Positions 8,391 to 17,691 of a DNA stretch of 64,000 bases are shown here, one piece after another. Each line of letters opens with the position of its first letter. Position 1 is the first letter of the stretch. Below the pieces are notes generated by a model that made no database searches, was not told where the DNA came from, and saw only the letters and a program-made list of their open reading frames with translations. The position numbers and the translations under genes are program-made. This stretch comes from Candidatus Xenobia bacterium (GTDB taxonomy: Bacteria > Vulcanimicrobiota > Xenobia > Xenobiales > QWHO01): the NCBI GenBank assembly GCA_045863235.1, contig BTUM01000007.1, forward strand, positions 64,001 through 128,000, in the 5' to 3' direction.

Positions 8391-9602
8391 ATGCGTTTGA
8401 TCGTCCTGTTGCTGCTGCTTTTGACCCTGCCACTTTCGGCCCAGACCGATAGCCCCGAGGAGCCGCGCGACGACGGACGGCACTCGGCGGGTCGGGTTCG
8501 ACTCGGAGGGGACGAAGGATTCGGAGCCGGCACCGCCACCTCCGATCCCACCGCACTGGAGGGCCCAAGTCGGATCGAGACGGTGCTGTTCAACTCCCGT
8601 CGCTTCAACACGGTGGATCTGACGCTGCACTATCTGCGCCGACTCTCCGACAATCAGGACTTGCTGCTGGAAGTGCAGGGGGGGCCAACTTCCCTGGGGG
8701 GCGATTTCAGCTACAGTTTCAGCGACCACCTCACCGTGAACGTCTCTGGCTCATCCGGCCGCAATCCGGCTTTCGAGCAGGGCCTGACCCGTGTCTACCT
8801 GGCCAACGGCGAAGAGCCCTACTTTCGTTCCCTGGGAGGAGGACTGGAGTACTCCGACCAGCCCTGCGACGAGCTCGGCCTGGCCGCGGCGCTGAATTAT
8901 CAGGCCGTTACGGTCGGTGACAGCCTGCTCGGGCCGGTGGTGGCCCCCCCGGTCGACCAGTTGGGCAACCGGCTGACCTTTTCGCCTGGCGGCCACGACG
9001 AGCTGCTGACCCTCAACTTCGTGGGCCAGCTCAACATCCTCGACCAGATGGTCAATCCCAGTGACGGCACTCGTCTTCGTTTTCAGCTCGAGCAAGCCAT
9101 CCCGGTGGGGGACAGCCAGATCACCTCCACCACCGCGGCAGCCAACCTGGCCCAGCTCGTCCCGATGCCCGGCCCCGGAGAAGGCTCCAGCTACCTGCTG
9201 ATCAACTTGCAGGGTGGAGCCATCGGCGGCGATGTTCCCCCGTATCGGGCCTTCAACCTGGGCGGCTCCAACTCCGTGCGCGGCTATCAGCTCGGCGGCC
9301 TGAGCACGGGCTCATCCTTCCTGCAGGCCACCCTGGAGTATCGCGGTTCCCTGACGAGATTCGAGTTGCTCGGCCACGAGCTCGAGCTCAAGGGCGTGCT
9401 CTTCTTTGACTACGGATCCGACCTGGGCACGGCCGACCGGGTGCTGGGTCAGCCGGGCGTGGCCCGCCAGAAGCCGGGGGAGGGGATTGGCTACGGCGCG
9501 GGTCTCTACTTCTTCAGTGACGTCGGGTTGTTTCGGCTGGAGGCGGGTTGGAACCAGCAGGGTCAGAATCAGCTCTTCTTCACGCTGGGGGACCGCTTCT
9601 GA
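8391..9602 (+). CDS. Omp85/BamA-TamA family outer membrane beta-barrel protein
   Basis: Signal peptide; FNLGGSNSVRGY motif, FFDYGSDLG, GYGAG and C-terminal LGDRF. Confidence 0.88.
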   Translation: MRLIVLLLLLLTLPLSAQTDSPEEPRDDGRHSAGRVRLGGDEGFGAGTATSDPTALEGPSRIETVLFNSRRFNTVDLTLHYLRRLSDNQDLLLEVQGGPTSLGGDFSYSFSDHLTVNVSGSSGRNPAFEQGLTRVYLANGEEPYFRSLGGGLEYSDQPCDELGLAAALNYQAVTVGDSLLGPVVAPPVDQLGNRLTFSPGGHDELLTLNFVGQLNILDQMVNPSDGTRLRFQLEQAIPVGDSQITSTTAAANLAQLVPMPGPGEGSSYLLINLQGGAIGGDVPPYRAFNLGGSNSVRGYQLGGLSTGSSFLQATLEYRGSLTRFELLGHELELKGVLFFDYGSDLGTADRVLGQPGVARQKPGEGIGYGAGLYFFSDVGLFRLEAGWNQQGQNQLFFTLGDRF

Positions 9603-9805
9603 GCTTGAAAGCGAGCCAGCACATCGGCCAGTTGATGGAGGAGAATCTGGTTGTCACTGGCGGAGCGCACACCGATTCTGAGATAGAAGTGGCTGTCTCC
9701 AAACTTCGCGCTGGCGTCCTTGAGCAGCAGCGTCCTGGATGACTTCGGCATGGAGGACTTCCTGTCCGGCGTTCCCCGGCCCGCCGCCAGGATGATGGCC
9801 TTCAT
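9569..9805 (-). pseudogene. N-terminal remnant of a LicC/PntC-like nucleotidyltransferase
   Basis: MKAIILAAGRGT...MPK start, then loss of similarity; only 78 codons. Confidence 0.55.
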
Positions 9806-9868
9806 GAGCCAGGGGTTCACGAGATCTGCCCGAACTCTTGCCGCTTGGGAATTCTCTATCCCGTGACC

Positions 9869-10558
9869 ATGAGGCGGGCGCGGCCGGGCGGGCGCTATCA
9901 GGTGGCCGGTCGGGAGAGGTGTGTGCCCGAGAACCTTCTGTTTCCCCGCCCGGCTTACTTCACGTGCGAGCAGGTGCTCACAGAGTTGGCCCGTCTGCTC
10001 GAGATGGTGGGGCGGCGATTCGATGAGGCTGGAATCTGCTGGTGGGCTACTCAGGGCACCCTGGTCGGAGCCTTGCGCCATCAGGGGGTGATCCCCTGGG
10101 ACCACGACGTGGACCTGAACCTGATGCTCGAGCAACTACCGCTTTTGCTCGAGTTGGAAGCAGAGTTCGACCGGTTGGGCCTGCGCCTGAAAAAGGCGGC
10201 CGGTGGATACAAGCTCGGATACGCCCGCTGGCCACTTTTCCCTTATCTCGACCTGGTGCCGATGGCTCAGCGCGATGCCGTCTGGCAACTGGCCTTTCCT
10301 CTCGACCAGGAAGGGCGACCGACTTTCCGCAAACATCTGCAGTGGCCCCAGGAGGCTATCAGGGACCAGGATCTGTTCCCTCTCCAGCGCTGGCCGTTTG
10401 AAGGCTTTGAAGTCTGGGTGCCCGCTCGGGCTCGGGAGTTCGCCCGGCAAATGTATGGGCCGGAGTGCCTGAGCTCGATTCATTGCCCACGATTTCCATG
10501 GCTTATCAATCATTATTGGGATTCAATTCTCTTTGCTTTGCGGTTGACGAGAGGCTAG
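9869..10558 (+). CDS. LicD family phosphotransferase
   Basis: WWATQGTLVGALRHQGVIPWDHDVDL, LFPL..WPFEG and MYG motifs; start uncertain (9845-9869). Confidence 0.9.
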   Translation: MRRARPGGRYQVAGRERCVPENLLFPRPAYFTCEQVLTELARLLEMVGRRFDEAGICWWATQGTLVGALRHQGVIPWDHDVDLNLMLEQLPLLLELEAEFDRLGLRLKKAAGGYKLGYARWPLFPYLDLVPMAQRDAVWQLAFPLDQEGRPTFRKHLQWPQEAIRDQDLFPLQRWPFEGFEVWVPARAREFARQMYGPECLSSIHCPRFPWLINHYWDSILFALRLTRG

Positions 10559-10588
10559 CAACTCAGATGCTCGAAGGGCACTCGGGAC

Positions 10589-11491
10589 GTGAACGAGCTG
10601 GTCTATACCTGGGTGGATGGCGCCGCGGAAGGGTACGAAGAGCTTTGCCGTCGCTACACCAGCAGTCCGCAAGACTTGAATCCCGAGCGTTATCGCGATC
10701 CCTACGAGCTGCTGCGCTACAGCCTGCGCTCGGTAGAGCAGTTCGTGCCCTGGATCGAGCGGGTGCTCCTCTTTACCTGCCGTCCGCAGGTGCCGGACTG
10801 GCTCTCGTCCGAGGTTACCGTCGTTCATCACGATGAGATCATCGACTCGCGCTTTCTCCCAACCTTCAGTCCCAACGTCATCGAGAGCTATCTGCACCTT
10901 CTCCCGCTCCAGAGCCCCTTCTTTCTTTACGCCAATGACGACTTTTTCTTTGGAGCCCCGGTCGCTCGGGAGGACTTTCTGACGCCCGGGGGCAGGCTGC
11001 GCGTCTACGGCACCTTGATGGGAGAGCAACTGGCCTGGAGAATCAGGGACCGCACTCAGGTCCCCTCCTTTGGATTCCTCGAGCACACCCCCTATCCGAT
11101 TCATCGCGAGCTCTGGGGGAAGATGCTCGAGCACTACGCTCGGGACGTGGAGGCGACTCGTCGCAATCGGTTCCGCTGCAGCGAGGACTTGCGGATGGAT
11201 CGCCTCTGGCGCTACTTCCTCTTGAGCCAGCATCGAGCGCGCTGCTCGGTCGTCTCGGGTTGGGAGGTGGTGCGGGGAGCGGCCTTCCTCAAACTGCACA
11301 ACGATGCTCCTCGACTCGAGAGGCAACTGGCCAACGTCGGCAAGCGCTTTCTCTGTCTCAACGACGACCAGGGCCCCTCTCCGGCTCCCTCGGCCCAGGC
11401 CGTGGTCAGGGAGTTCCTCGAGAGGAGCTATCCCTGGCCCTCTCGATGGGAAAAGCGGCCAGCCATCGGCCTCGAAAGTGGCGGATCATGA
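10589..11491 (+). CDS. Stealth family hexose-1-phosphate transferase
   Basis: CR1 VYTWVDG; CR2 ELLRYSLRS...LPTFSPNVIE...FLYANDDFFFG; CR3 HTPYP; CR4 FLCLNDD. Confidence 0.92.
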   Translation: MNELVYTWVDGAAEGYEELCRRYTSSPQDLNPERYRDPYELLRYSLRSVEQFVPWIERVLLFTCRPQVPDWLSSEVTVVHHDEIIDSRFLPTFSPNVIESYLHLLPLQSPFFLYANDDFFFGAPVAREDFLTPGGRLRVYGTLMGEQLAWRIRDRTQVPSFGFLEHTPYPIHRELWGKMLEHYARDVEATRRNRFRCSEDLRMDRLWRYFLLSQHRARCSVVSGWEVVRGAAFLKLHNDAPRLERQLANVGKRFLCLNDDQGPSPAPSAQAVVREFLERSYPWPSRWEKRPAIGLESGGS

Positions 11492-12371
11492 TGGTGTTGG
11501 CGCGTCGCTCGTTGTTGCCCTGGCCGGAGTTGACTCTCCCGAGCGAGGTTTGGCGGTAGAGGTCCGCCAGAATCGGGTGCTGGATCGGAAAGCGCGCAAA
11601 CGGCTCCACCCAGCGCTCCGAGCGACAGTGAGCCGAGATCCAGACGTCATCGACGTAAAACGCGGCCTCGGGAGCATGGCTGTAGTCGTGCACCTCGGGC
11701 CCGAAGTAGCCCGGCTCGACTCGATAACCCGAGAAGCCCTGCAGGACGTCGATTCTCACCGGCTTTCGCAGGCGGCTGCACTTGAGGGGAGTCGGGGGCA
11801 GGCCGGCCAGGTTGCTCCATAACGTGGTGGGTCGGTCGGTCAGGTCGGACGGGACCCGCCACCCGCTCAGACCCGTGGCTCGAGAGTCGAACCGCTCGAG
11901 ATGGGCCAGAAAGCCAGGCGGATAGAGCCGGTCGTCGTCCACAACCAGCAGCGGGGTGCGCTCGGGAAGATCGAGGGCTGGCAGAAGCTTGGTGGCTGGA
12001 CCCAGGTCCGGGCAGCGCACCAATTCGACCGAGCGCAGGCAAGTCAGCCATTCAGGAAGGCGGTAAGCGACCTGCTCACGCCGACTGTGCTCGGGAAGGT
12101 GCAGTCGGATGCGGGCCGGGACCGGATCCTGGGCCAGCAGGCTCTTCAGGGTCCAGTGCAGGTGGGGGAGTCGGCTGGGAAGGGTGGTGAGACACGCGAT
12201 GAGACTGCTCTTGCGAGCTTGGGCCCAGCGCTGGTCCAGTCTCTCGAGAGCAAGACGACGCAGGCGGTTGAGGTCGAGCAGGTCTCGAATCAGGTCCCCT
12301 CCGGTAAGATGGTTGCAGGCCGCCAATCCGGCCCAGGTGGCCAGGGCGAGCCCGGCCCAGGTGCGGTTCAT
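11406..12371 (-). CDS. GT-A fold glycosyltransferase
   Basis: LTTLPSRL, DLGPATKLLP, VVDDDRLYP and VDDVWIS motifs; N-terminal hydrophobic anchor. Confidence 0.8.
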   Translation of the reverse strand: MNRTWAGLALATWAGLAACNHLTGGDLIRDLLDLNRLRRLALERLDQRWAQARKSSLIACLTTLPSRLPHLHWTLKSLLAQDPVPARIRLHLPEHSRREQVAYRLPEWLTCLRSVELVRCPDLGPATKLLPALDLPERTPLLVVDDDRLYPPGFLAHLERFDSRATGLSGWRVPSDLTDRPTTLWSNLAGLPPTPLKCSRLRKPVRIDVLQGFSGYRVEPGYFGPEVHDYSHAPEAAFYVDDVWISAHCRSERWVEPFARFPIQHPILADLYRQTSLGRVNSGQGNNERRANTIMIRHFRGRWLAAFPIERARDSSSRGTP

Positions 12372-12473
12372 GACGACGCTTGTTCTGCCCACGGTGAAAG
12401 TGGCCTTCACCAGACCCTGGCGCGGAGGGTCGACCTGGCCAGGAATTCCGGTCGCGTCGGTAAACCTGGCCGG

Positions 12474-14048
12474 GTGACCAGGGCGCGAAGGCTACGGGAG
12501 ATACTGGCGGGCAGCCAGTTGGAGTTCCTGCTGGAAGCCCACAACGCTCTCGCAGCGCGGATTGTGGAAGAGTCGGGCTTTGCCGGGATCTGGGCCAGCG
12601 GATTGGCCCTTTCGTCCCAGTTTGGGGTGCGAGACTCCAATGAAGCGAGTTGGACGCAGGTGGTCGACATGGTCGAATTCATGGTTGATGCCACCAGCAT
12701 TCCCATCCTGCTCGACGGAGACACCGGTTACGGGAATTTCAACAATCTTCGTCGGCTCATTCGTAAGCTCGAGCAGCGCTCGGTGGCCGGGGTGTGTATC
12801 GAGGACAAGCTGTTTCCCAAGAGCAACAGCCTGATGGGGGAGCACCATCAACTGTGCAGCCTGGATGAGTTCTGTGGAAAGATCAAGGCGGGTAAGGACA
12901 GCCAGACAGACCCGGACTTTTGCCTGATCGCTCGAGTCGAGGCCCTGGTGGCTGGTCAGAGCCTGAGCGAGGCCCTGCTTCGTGCTGAGGCGTATCGCCA
13001 GGCCGGAGCGGACGCCATCTTGATTCATTCTTGCCGGGCCCAGCCCGACGAAGTGCTTGCATTTGCTCGCGAGTGGGCCGGAAGAGGCCCCCTGGTCATC
13101 GTTCCCACCCGCTACTCGAGCACCCCGGTCGAGGTGTTTCGCCGGGCCAACATTCAGCTGATCATCTGGGCCAACCATATGCTTCGGGCCTCCATCGCGG
13201 CCATGCAGTCGGCTGCTGGTCGGATCAAGGCTGAGGAAAGCACCCTGCAGGTCGAGGATGAGATCGCACCACTATCGGAAGTGTTTCGACTTCAGGGTGC
13301 GGATGAGCTGGTGGCGGCTGAGAAGCTTTACCTCGGACGTCCTCTTCGGGCCGTGTTGCTGGCCGCCACTCGAGGCGAGATGAACGGTCTGACCTCGGAC
13401 AGACCCAAAGGGATGATCCCCATTGCCGGCAAGCCTCTGCTGAGTTGGACGGTGGACGCCCTCAAGGCCCTGGGGGCTCATCCCATCACCGTGGTGGCCG
13501 GCTGGCAGCCGGACGCGGTGGATCTGCCGGGTGTGGAGCGGGTGGTGAACGATGCCCACGCCTCCAGCGGCGAATTGGGCTCGCTCGCCCAGGCCCGGGA
13601 GGCACTGAGCCACGATGTCCTGGTGCTGTACGGCGATCTGCTGCTTCGCAGCTACATCCTGCGTGAGCTTGCCGGGAGCACGGCCGAAGTCACGGTGGTG
13701 GTGGATTCCGACCTTGAGGGGCGCCGCAAGACGGGTCACCAGGACTACGCCCGCTGTGATCGGCCCGACGACCGCGGCGTCCTTCAACCCGTGGTGAGGC
13801 TCGTGGAGATCTCCGAGCGACCTCAGGAGGTCCACGGACGTTTCATCGGAGCGGCCAGCTTTCGAGCCGCCGGGGTCACCTGGCTGCGGGAGGCGCTGCT
13901 CGAGTTGCCTCCCAATCTTGGTCTGCCCGATCTCCTGAATCACCTGGTGGGGCGGGGCAATCCAGTGCGCGTGCTCTATATTCACGGCCACTGGTTGGAC
14001 GTCAATACCGTGGAGGATCTACCTCAGGCAGGCAGCTTCCTGGCATAA
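12474..14048 (+). CDS. aepX: Phosphoenolpyruvate mutase fused to a C-terminal nucleotidyltransferase (PntC-like)
   Basis: EAHNAL, WASGL, LDGDTGYGN and the PepM signature EDKLFPKSNS (EDK-X5-NS); C-terminal LLAATRG...DRPKGM and YGDLL NTase motifs. Confidence 0.95.
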   Translation: MTRARRLREILAGSQLEFLLEAHNALAARIVEESGFAGIWASGLALSSQFGVRDSNEASWTQVVDMVEFMVDATSIPILLDGDTGYGNFNNLRRLIRKLEQRSVAGVCIEDKLFPKSNSLMGEHHQLCSLDEFCGKIKAGKDSQTDPDFCLIARVEALVAGQSLSEALLRAEAYRQAGADAILIHSCRAQPDEVLAFAREWAGRGPLVIVPTRYSSTPVEVFRRANIQLIIWANHMLRASIAAMQSAAGRIKAEESTLQVEDEIAPLSEVFRLQGADELVAAEKLYLGRPLRAVLLAATRGEMNGLTSDRPKGMIPIAGKPLLSWTVDALKALGAHPITVVAGWQPDAVDLPGVERVVNDAHASSGELGSLAQAREALSHDVLVLYGDLLLRSYILRELAGSTAEVTVVVDSDLEGRRKTGHQDYARCDRPDDRGVLQPVVRLVEISERPQEVHGRFIGAASFRAAGVTWLREALLELPPNLGLPDLLNHLVGRGNPVRVLYIHGHWLDVNTVEDLPQAGSFLA

Positions 14049-14074
14049 AAAAGCCCCCCGCGGAGCGGAGGGCC
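14046..14074 (-). terminator. Intrinsic terminator
   Basis: Minus strand GCCCTCCGC-TCC-GCGGGGGGC followed by a T-run, between convergent genes. Confidence 0.65.
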
Positions 14075-14102
14075 TTGTTGTTGAACCGAGACCGAGCGAG
14101 TG

Positions 14103-15737
14103 TCAGCGAACGCCGATCATCAGCGCGGTTGGGAACTGCGAAGCGGCGTTGGGCCGGCCGTCCACGATTCCATGCATGACGGTCCGGTTGGGACAGAACT
14201 GACCCGAGGTGAGGTTGATCTGCAACATGTTGCCGGTGATGGTACCGTCAGCGTTGACGCTGAAACTGCCTCCCACCACCGCTCCCATGACCTCGCGGAC
14301 CAGCGGGAACGGGAAGATGGGAGTAAACGTGTCAGCATACAGCTTGGTAAACTGGAGGTTGGTGATGACCCCTCCGAGCAGGTCGACGTTGGTGATATCC
14401 ATGTCGGCGAGCAGTGACCCGTCGCCGCCGCGCAGGCCTACGTAGCGGATCTGGTTGGGCAGGTCATCGTTGCTGGACGTCTCGGTGGGCAGAGGAGCAG
14501 CATAGAAGACAAACTGCTGAAAGCCGAACTGAGCAGGAGTGGCGACTGCGGTCAGCATGACGCTGCCGTCGCCGGCCATGGTGCCCGACAGGCTGAAGTC
14601 GGAGATGCCGGGAATCGTGATCGTTCCTGTCACGTCGCCGTTGACGGCCACGTTATAGGTCCCGGTCGCGGAGTTGCCCACCACGGTACCCGTGAGATTG
14701 CCGGCTCCGTCGAATACAAGGTCGCCCGCTTGAGCCCCGGAATTGGGAGTAAAGCCGATCACGCCCGAGCCAGAGACCTTGAACGGCCCGTTCAAGCTGG
14801 CGTTGCTGAGGCCTGTCTGGGCTTTCTGCAGCTTGGCCATGCCGACCATGTAGTCGGTGGTCGGAGGATCGCCTCCAAAGAAGGTGGTGTAGATGGCGTC
14901 ACCTGCTGGCGTGACCGTGACTCGCCCGTCCCAATCGATGTCGGCGAGGCGATCGGTGATCATGTCGGCGTGAAAATTTCGGGCCGCGTCGATGGTGTAG
15001 GTACCGCCGGTGATGTTGTAGGTCGTGCTCAAGTAGGTAGCCGGCGGGCCGGCCAGCGTGCCAAACGGGTTGGATTTGAGGATCTGGCCCCCGGTGATGT
15101 TGCCATTGCCGTCCAGGGTCACATTGCCGCTGATGACCCCGCTGCCGACGGCGCCACTGGCGCCGGTGATGGTGTAAGCACCCACAGCCAGGCCATTGGT
15201 GCCGGTCAGCTGGTCGAAGAAGTCAGGGTTGTTGATGGGAAAGGTTTCATTGGCAACCAGCTGGACGAACTGGGTAAAGGTTCCCACGACGTTGGTGCCC
15301 TGGACAAACTGGACGACCAGGATGACCACGGTCGGATCGACATCTTCGATCAGGATCTGCGCCGCCAGAGGCAGGTCGGCAGTCTGGAGGAGCTGGGTTC
15401 CAGCCGCGTTGAAGCCGGTGACTCGCACGGCTGTGACCGTATTGGGGACCTGGCGGGGCTGGAGGTCGAGGTTGAGCTGGATGTCAGCCAGGTTGTTGGG
15501 TACGTTCCCCCCGTCGACGGCTCCGCCAGCGGCTGCCCCACCAGCGTTCCCTCCGGCGGCGTTCCCTCCAGCAGCGTTCCCTCCAGCGGCGTTCCCTCCG
15601 GCGGCCGCGCCACCATCATTGAACGTAAAGTCCCCCCCTGTGCCCCCACCGCTCACATCAGCGCCGCTGGTGCATCCGAAGGCGATGAGCATCGTGAGGA
15701 AGATGAAAAGAAATGCAAATTGTCTGAGCTGAACCAA
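14103..15737 (-). CDS. Surface lipoprotein with Gly/Asn/Thr-rich beta repeats
   Basis: GGAGG RBS + TTG 15737; lipobox IAFGC; GGNAA linker repeats; repeated LDGNGNITG/FDGAGNLTG...YxVxxNG units. Confidence 0.8.
   Translation of the reverse strand: MVQLRQFAFLFIFLTMLIAFGCTSGADVSGGGTGGDFTFNDGGAAAGGNAAGGNAAGGNAAGGNAGGAAAGGAVDGGNVPNNLADIQLNLDLQPRQVPNTVTAVRVTGFNAAGTQLLQTADLPLAAQILIEDVDPTVVILVVQFVQGTNVVGTFTQFVQLVANETFPINNPDFFDQLTGTNGLAVGAYTITGASGAVGSGVISGNVTLDGNGNITGGQILKSNPFGTLAGPPATYLSTTYNITGGTYTIDAARNFHADMITDRLADIDWDGRVTVTPAGDAIYTTFFGGDPPTTDYMVGMAKLQKAQTGLSNASLNGPFKVSGSGVIGFTPNSGAQAGDLVFDGAGNLTGTVVGNSATGTYNVAVNGDVTGTITIPGISDFSLSGTMAGDGSVMLTAVATPAQFGFQQFVFYAAPLPTETSSNDDLPNQIRYVGLRGGDGSLLADMDITNVDLLGGVITNLQFTKLYADTFTPIFPFPLVREVMGAVVGGSFSVNADGTITGNMLQINLTSGQFCPNRTVMHGIVDGRPNAASQFPTALMIGVR
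15539..15604 (-). repeat. 15-bp coding tandem repeat (GGNAA x4)
   Basis: Four gcgttccctcc cores at 15-nt period. Confidence 0.85.
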
Positions 15738-15831
15738 AGTGGATCCCTCCCTTGTCGTGAAGCCGCCTGGTTCGCAGTGTGGACGGCAATCACCTGCAGG
15801 GGCCGATTCTCCCACGCCCGAACCTGGCCGG

Positions 15832-16848
15832 ATGCCGTGGCTGTTTTTCAGCAAGCTTGGCAATCCGGCCCTCGAGGAGCTGATCAGAGCCCTGCGAGGT
15901 CTGGGGCTTGCAGTCGAGGCCGTGCATCCAGGTCTCGCCTGGTCCCCCCTTTCGCGAGCGGTCCCGGTGCTGCCGGTCGGCCCTCGATGGCTTGCACAAC
16001 TGCACGGGCCACTGCTCGAAGGACTGCGCCCCGAGGTCGTGGTCTACTCCTATCCTGACCAGGCACCGCTGGCGCGACGCTTCCCAGGCGCGAGCAAGGT
16101 TTACTACGTGCAAGACGATTTTCGAGCTTACAATTATCCGGACGCCCGGCTGCGAGCCTGGGAGGAAGAGCTCCTGCCGCGAATCGACTTGTTGGTGGTC
16201 GTCTCCGAGGCCCTGGCCGACTCGTATCGAGAGAGATACAAGTTTGAAGGCACGATTTTGGTTGCTCCACTGGCCGTCCCAGAGCGTTTCTTGCCGGCCG
16301 CTTGCCCCCCCCGCCTCTCTCGAGGCGGAAAAGTCGGGGTTCTCGGCCGGATCTCGAGCCGTCTGCGCCTGGGCTGGCTGCGACAGGCAGTGGAGCGGCT
16401 CAACTGGATGCGCCTCGAACTGGTTGGTGACGTGGAGGCCTCCGAGTTGATGGCCGAGGACCGCTACCACCTGCGCTACCTGCAGCAGTGCCCTCGCTGC
16501 CGGTTTTATGGTTGGAAGCCTTTCGCCCACCTGTTTGAGCGGGCTTCCCAGCTTGATCTGGCGCTCCTGCCGTACAGCCCTCGAAGTGTCAATCCCTGCG
16601 GCTCGGCCTATCGATTCTATATCCACCTTGCTTACGGGGCCCCCATGCTGGCCACCCCGGGCGTGGCTCAGCTTGAGGAGTATCAGCCTCTGGTTCAGAT
16701 TTGCCGCAGCAGCGATGAGTTCTTGAGCAGGTTGGACGAGCTGGCCAGGCGGGGCTTTGATGACGGCCTCCATACGCAACGTTGGGAAGCCGCTCGGGCC
16801 AATACCTGGAGTCATCGGGCCCGGGCTCTACTGGAGGCTCTGGGGTAA
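15832..16848 (+). CDS. GT-B (GT4-like) glycosyltransferase
   Basis: YYVQDDF, DLLVVVSEAL, FYGWKP, DLALLPY and NTWSHRA motifs. Confidence 0.8.
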   Translation: MPWLFFSKLGNPALEELIRALRGLGLAVEAVHPGLAWSPLSRAVPVLPVGPRWLAQLHGPLLEGLRPEVVVYSYPDQAPLARRFPGASKVYYVQDDFRAYNYPDARLRAWEEELLPRIDLLVVVSEALADSYRERYKFEGTILVAPLAVPERFLPAACPPRLSRGGKVGVLGRISSRLRLGWLRQAVERLNWMRLELVGDVEASELMAEDRYHLRYLQQCPRCRFYGWKPFAHLFERASQLDLALLPYSPRSVNPCGSAYRFYIHLAYGAPMLATPGVAQLEEYQPLVQICRSSDEFLSRLDELARRGFDDGLHTQRWEAARANTWSHRARALLEALG

Positions 16849-16869
16849 GAATCGCCCGCCACCAGGACC

Positions 16870-17691
16870 TCAGGGTCGGGTCGGGAGGTCGCCCTGGCCT
16901 TGAGGGGCGCGCAGCCGCCAGGCCAGCACATCCAGCCAGCGGTGCAGCCAGTAGAATGCCCGCACCAGCGGGTCGGCAGCCATCGGGATCAGGTTGCTGA
17001 CCTTGTTGCGCGTGCGCAGAAAAGGTACCGGGTCGGGCGAGCTGATGTCGAGGGCGTCCCGGGTCAAGGTAACCAGTCCGCGCTCCTGGGCATCGTAAAG
17101 CAACAGGCTCAGAAGGGCCTGCTCGAACTGGTGCACCGCCAGTCGAGCTCCCGGAGGGTTCTGGATGCAGCCATTGAGAGCCCACTGCTTCCACCGCTCC
17201 GTCAGGGCTCGAACCCATTCGCGGCGGCCATCGAAAGCGCACACTCCGCTGGCCCGGGTGCGCAGGCGGGCCAGCTCAGGGTTCACTCCCGTGAGCGTCA
17301 ACGGCCCGGGAAGCACCCGAATGGGGCCACCCCCTCCAAACGGGGTATACACCCCCGTGCGCTCCACCTCCCGGGTGATCCGGTCGAGAGGGCCAAGTAC
17401 GACGGTTGCTGAGTCCAGCCAGAGGACAGGCCCCTGATAGTGACTGACCAGGTCGGCCACGATGATAGGTTTCCAGGCGTAGGCGCCCCTTTCGAGTCGG
17501 ACGTGATCCGGATATCGGTCAAAGGGAAAGACGCGCAACTCATAGCGTTCTGACAACCACCGGCGCTGTTGGGCCGTCATGCCCAGATCGTAGAGCACCA
17601 GTTGATCAGACAGGCCAGCGCGCTCGAGGCTGAGCAGGAACTGACGCAGCGACCGATAGTAGACCCGGTCAGCCCCCGAGACGATCAGCAC
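16870..17691 (-). CDS. DUF1647-like putative glycosyltransferase
   Basis: IVSGAD, LYDLGM, YAWKPIIV, VLWLDSA and HQFEQALLS motifs; start overlaps the upstream stop. Confidence 0.7.
   Translation of the reverse strand: MLIVSGADRVYYRSLRQFLLSLERAGLSDQLVLYDLGMTAQQRRWLSERYELRVFPFDRYPDHVRLERGAYAWKPIIVADLVSHYQGPVLWLDSATVVLGPLDRITREVERTGVYTPFGGGGPIRVLPGPLTLTGVNPELARLRTRASGVCAFDGRREWVRALTERWKQWALNGCIQNPPGARLAVHQFEQALLSLLLYDAQERGLVTLTRDALDISSPDPVPFLRTRNKVSNLIPMAADPLVRAFYWLHRWLDVLAWRLRAPQGQGDLPTRP

Noticed and set aside
11901..12473. N-terminal extension of the PEP mutase ORF
   Set aside because: It overlaps the opposite-strand glycosyltransferase; PepM similarity begins at about 12474.
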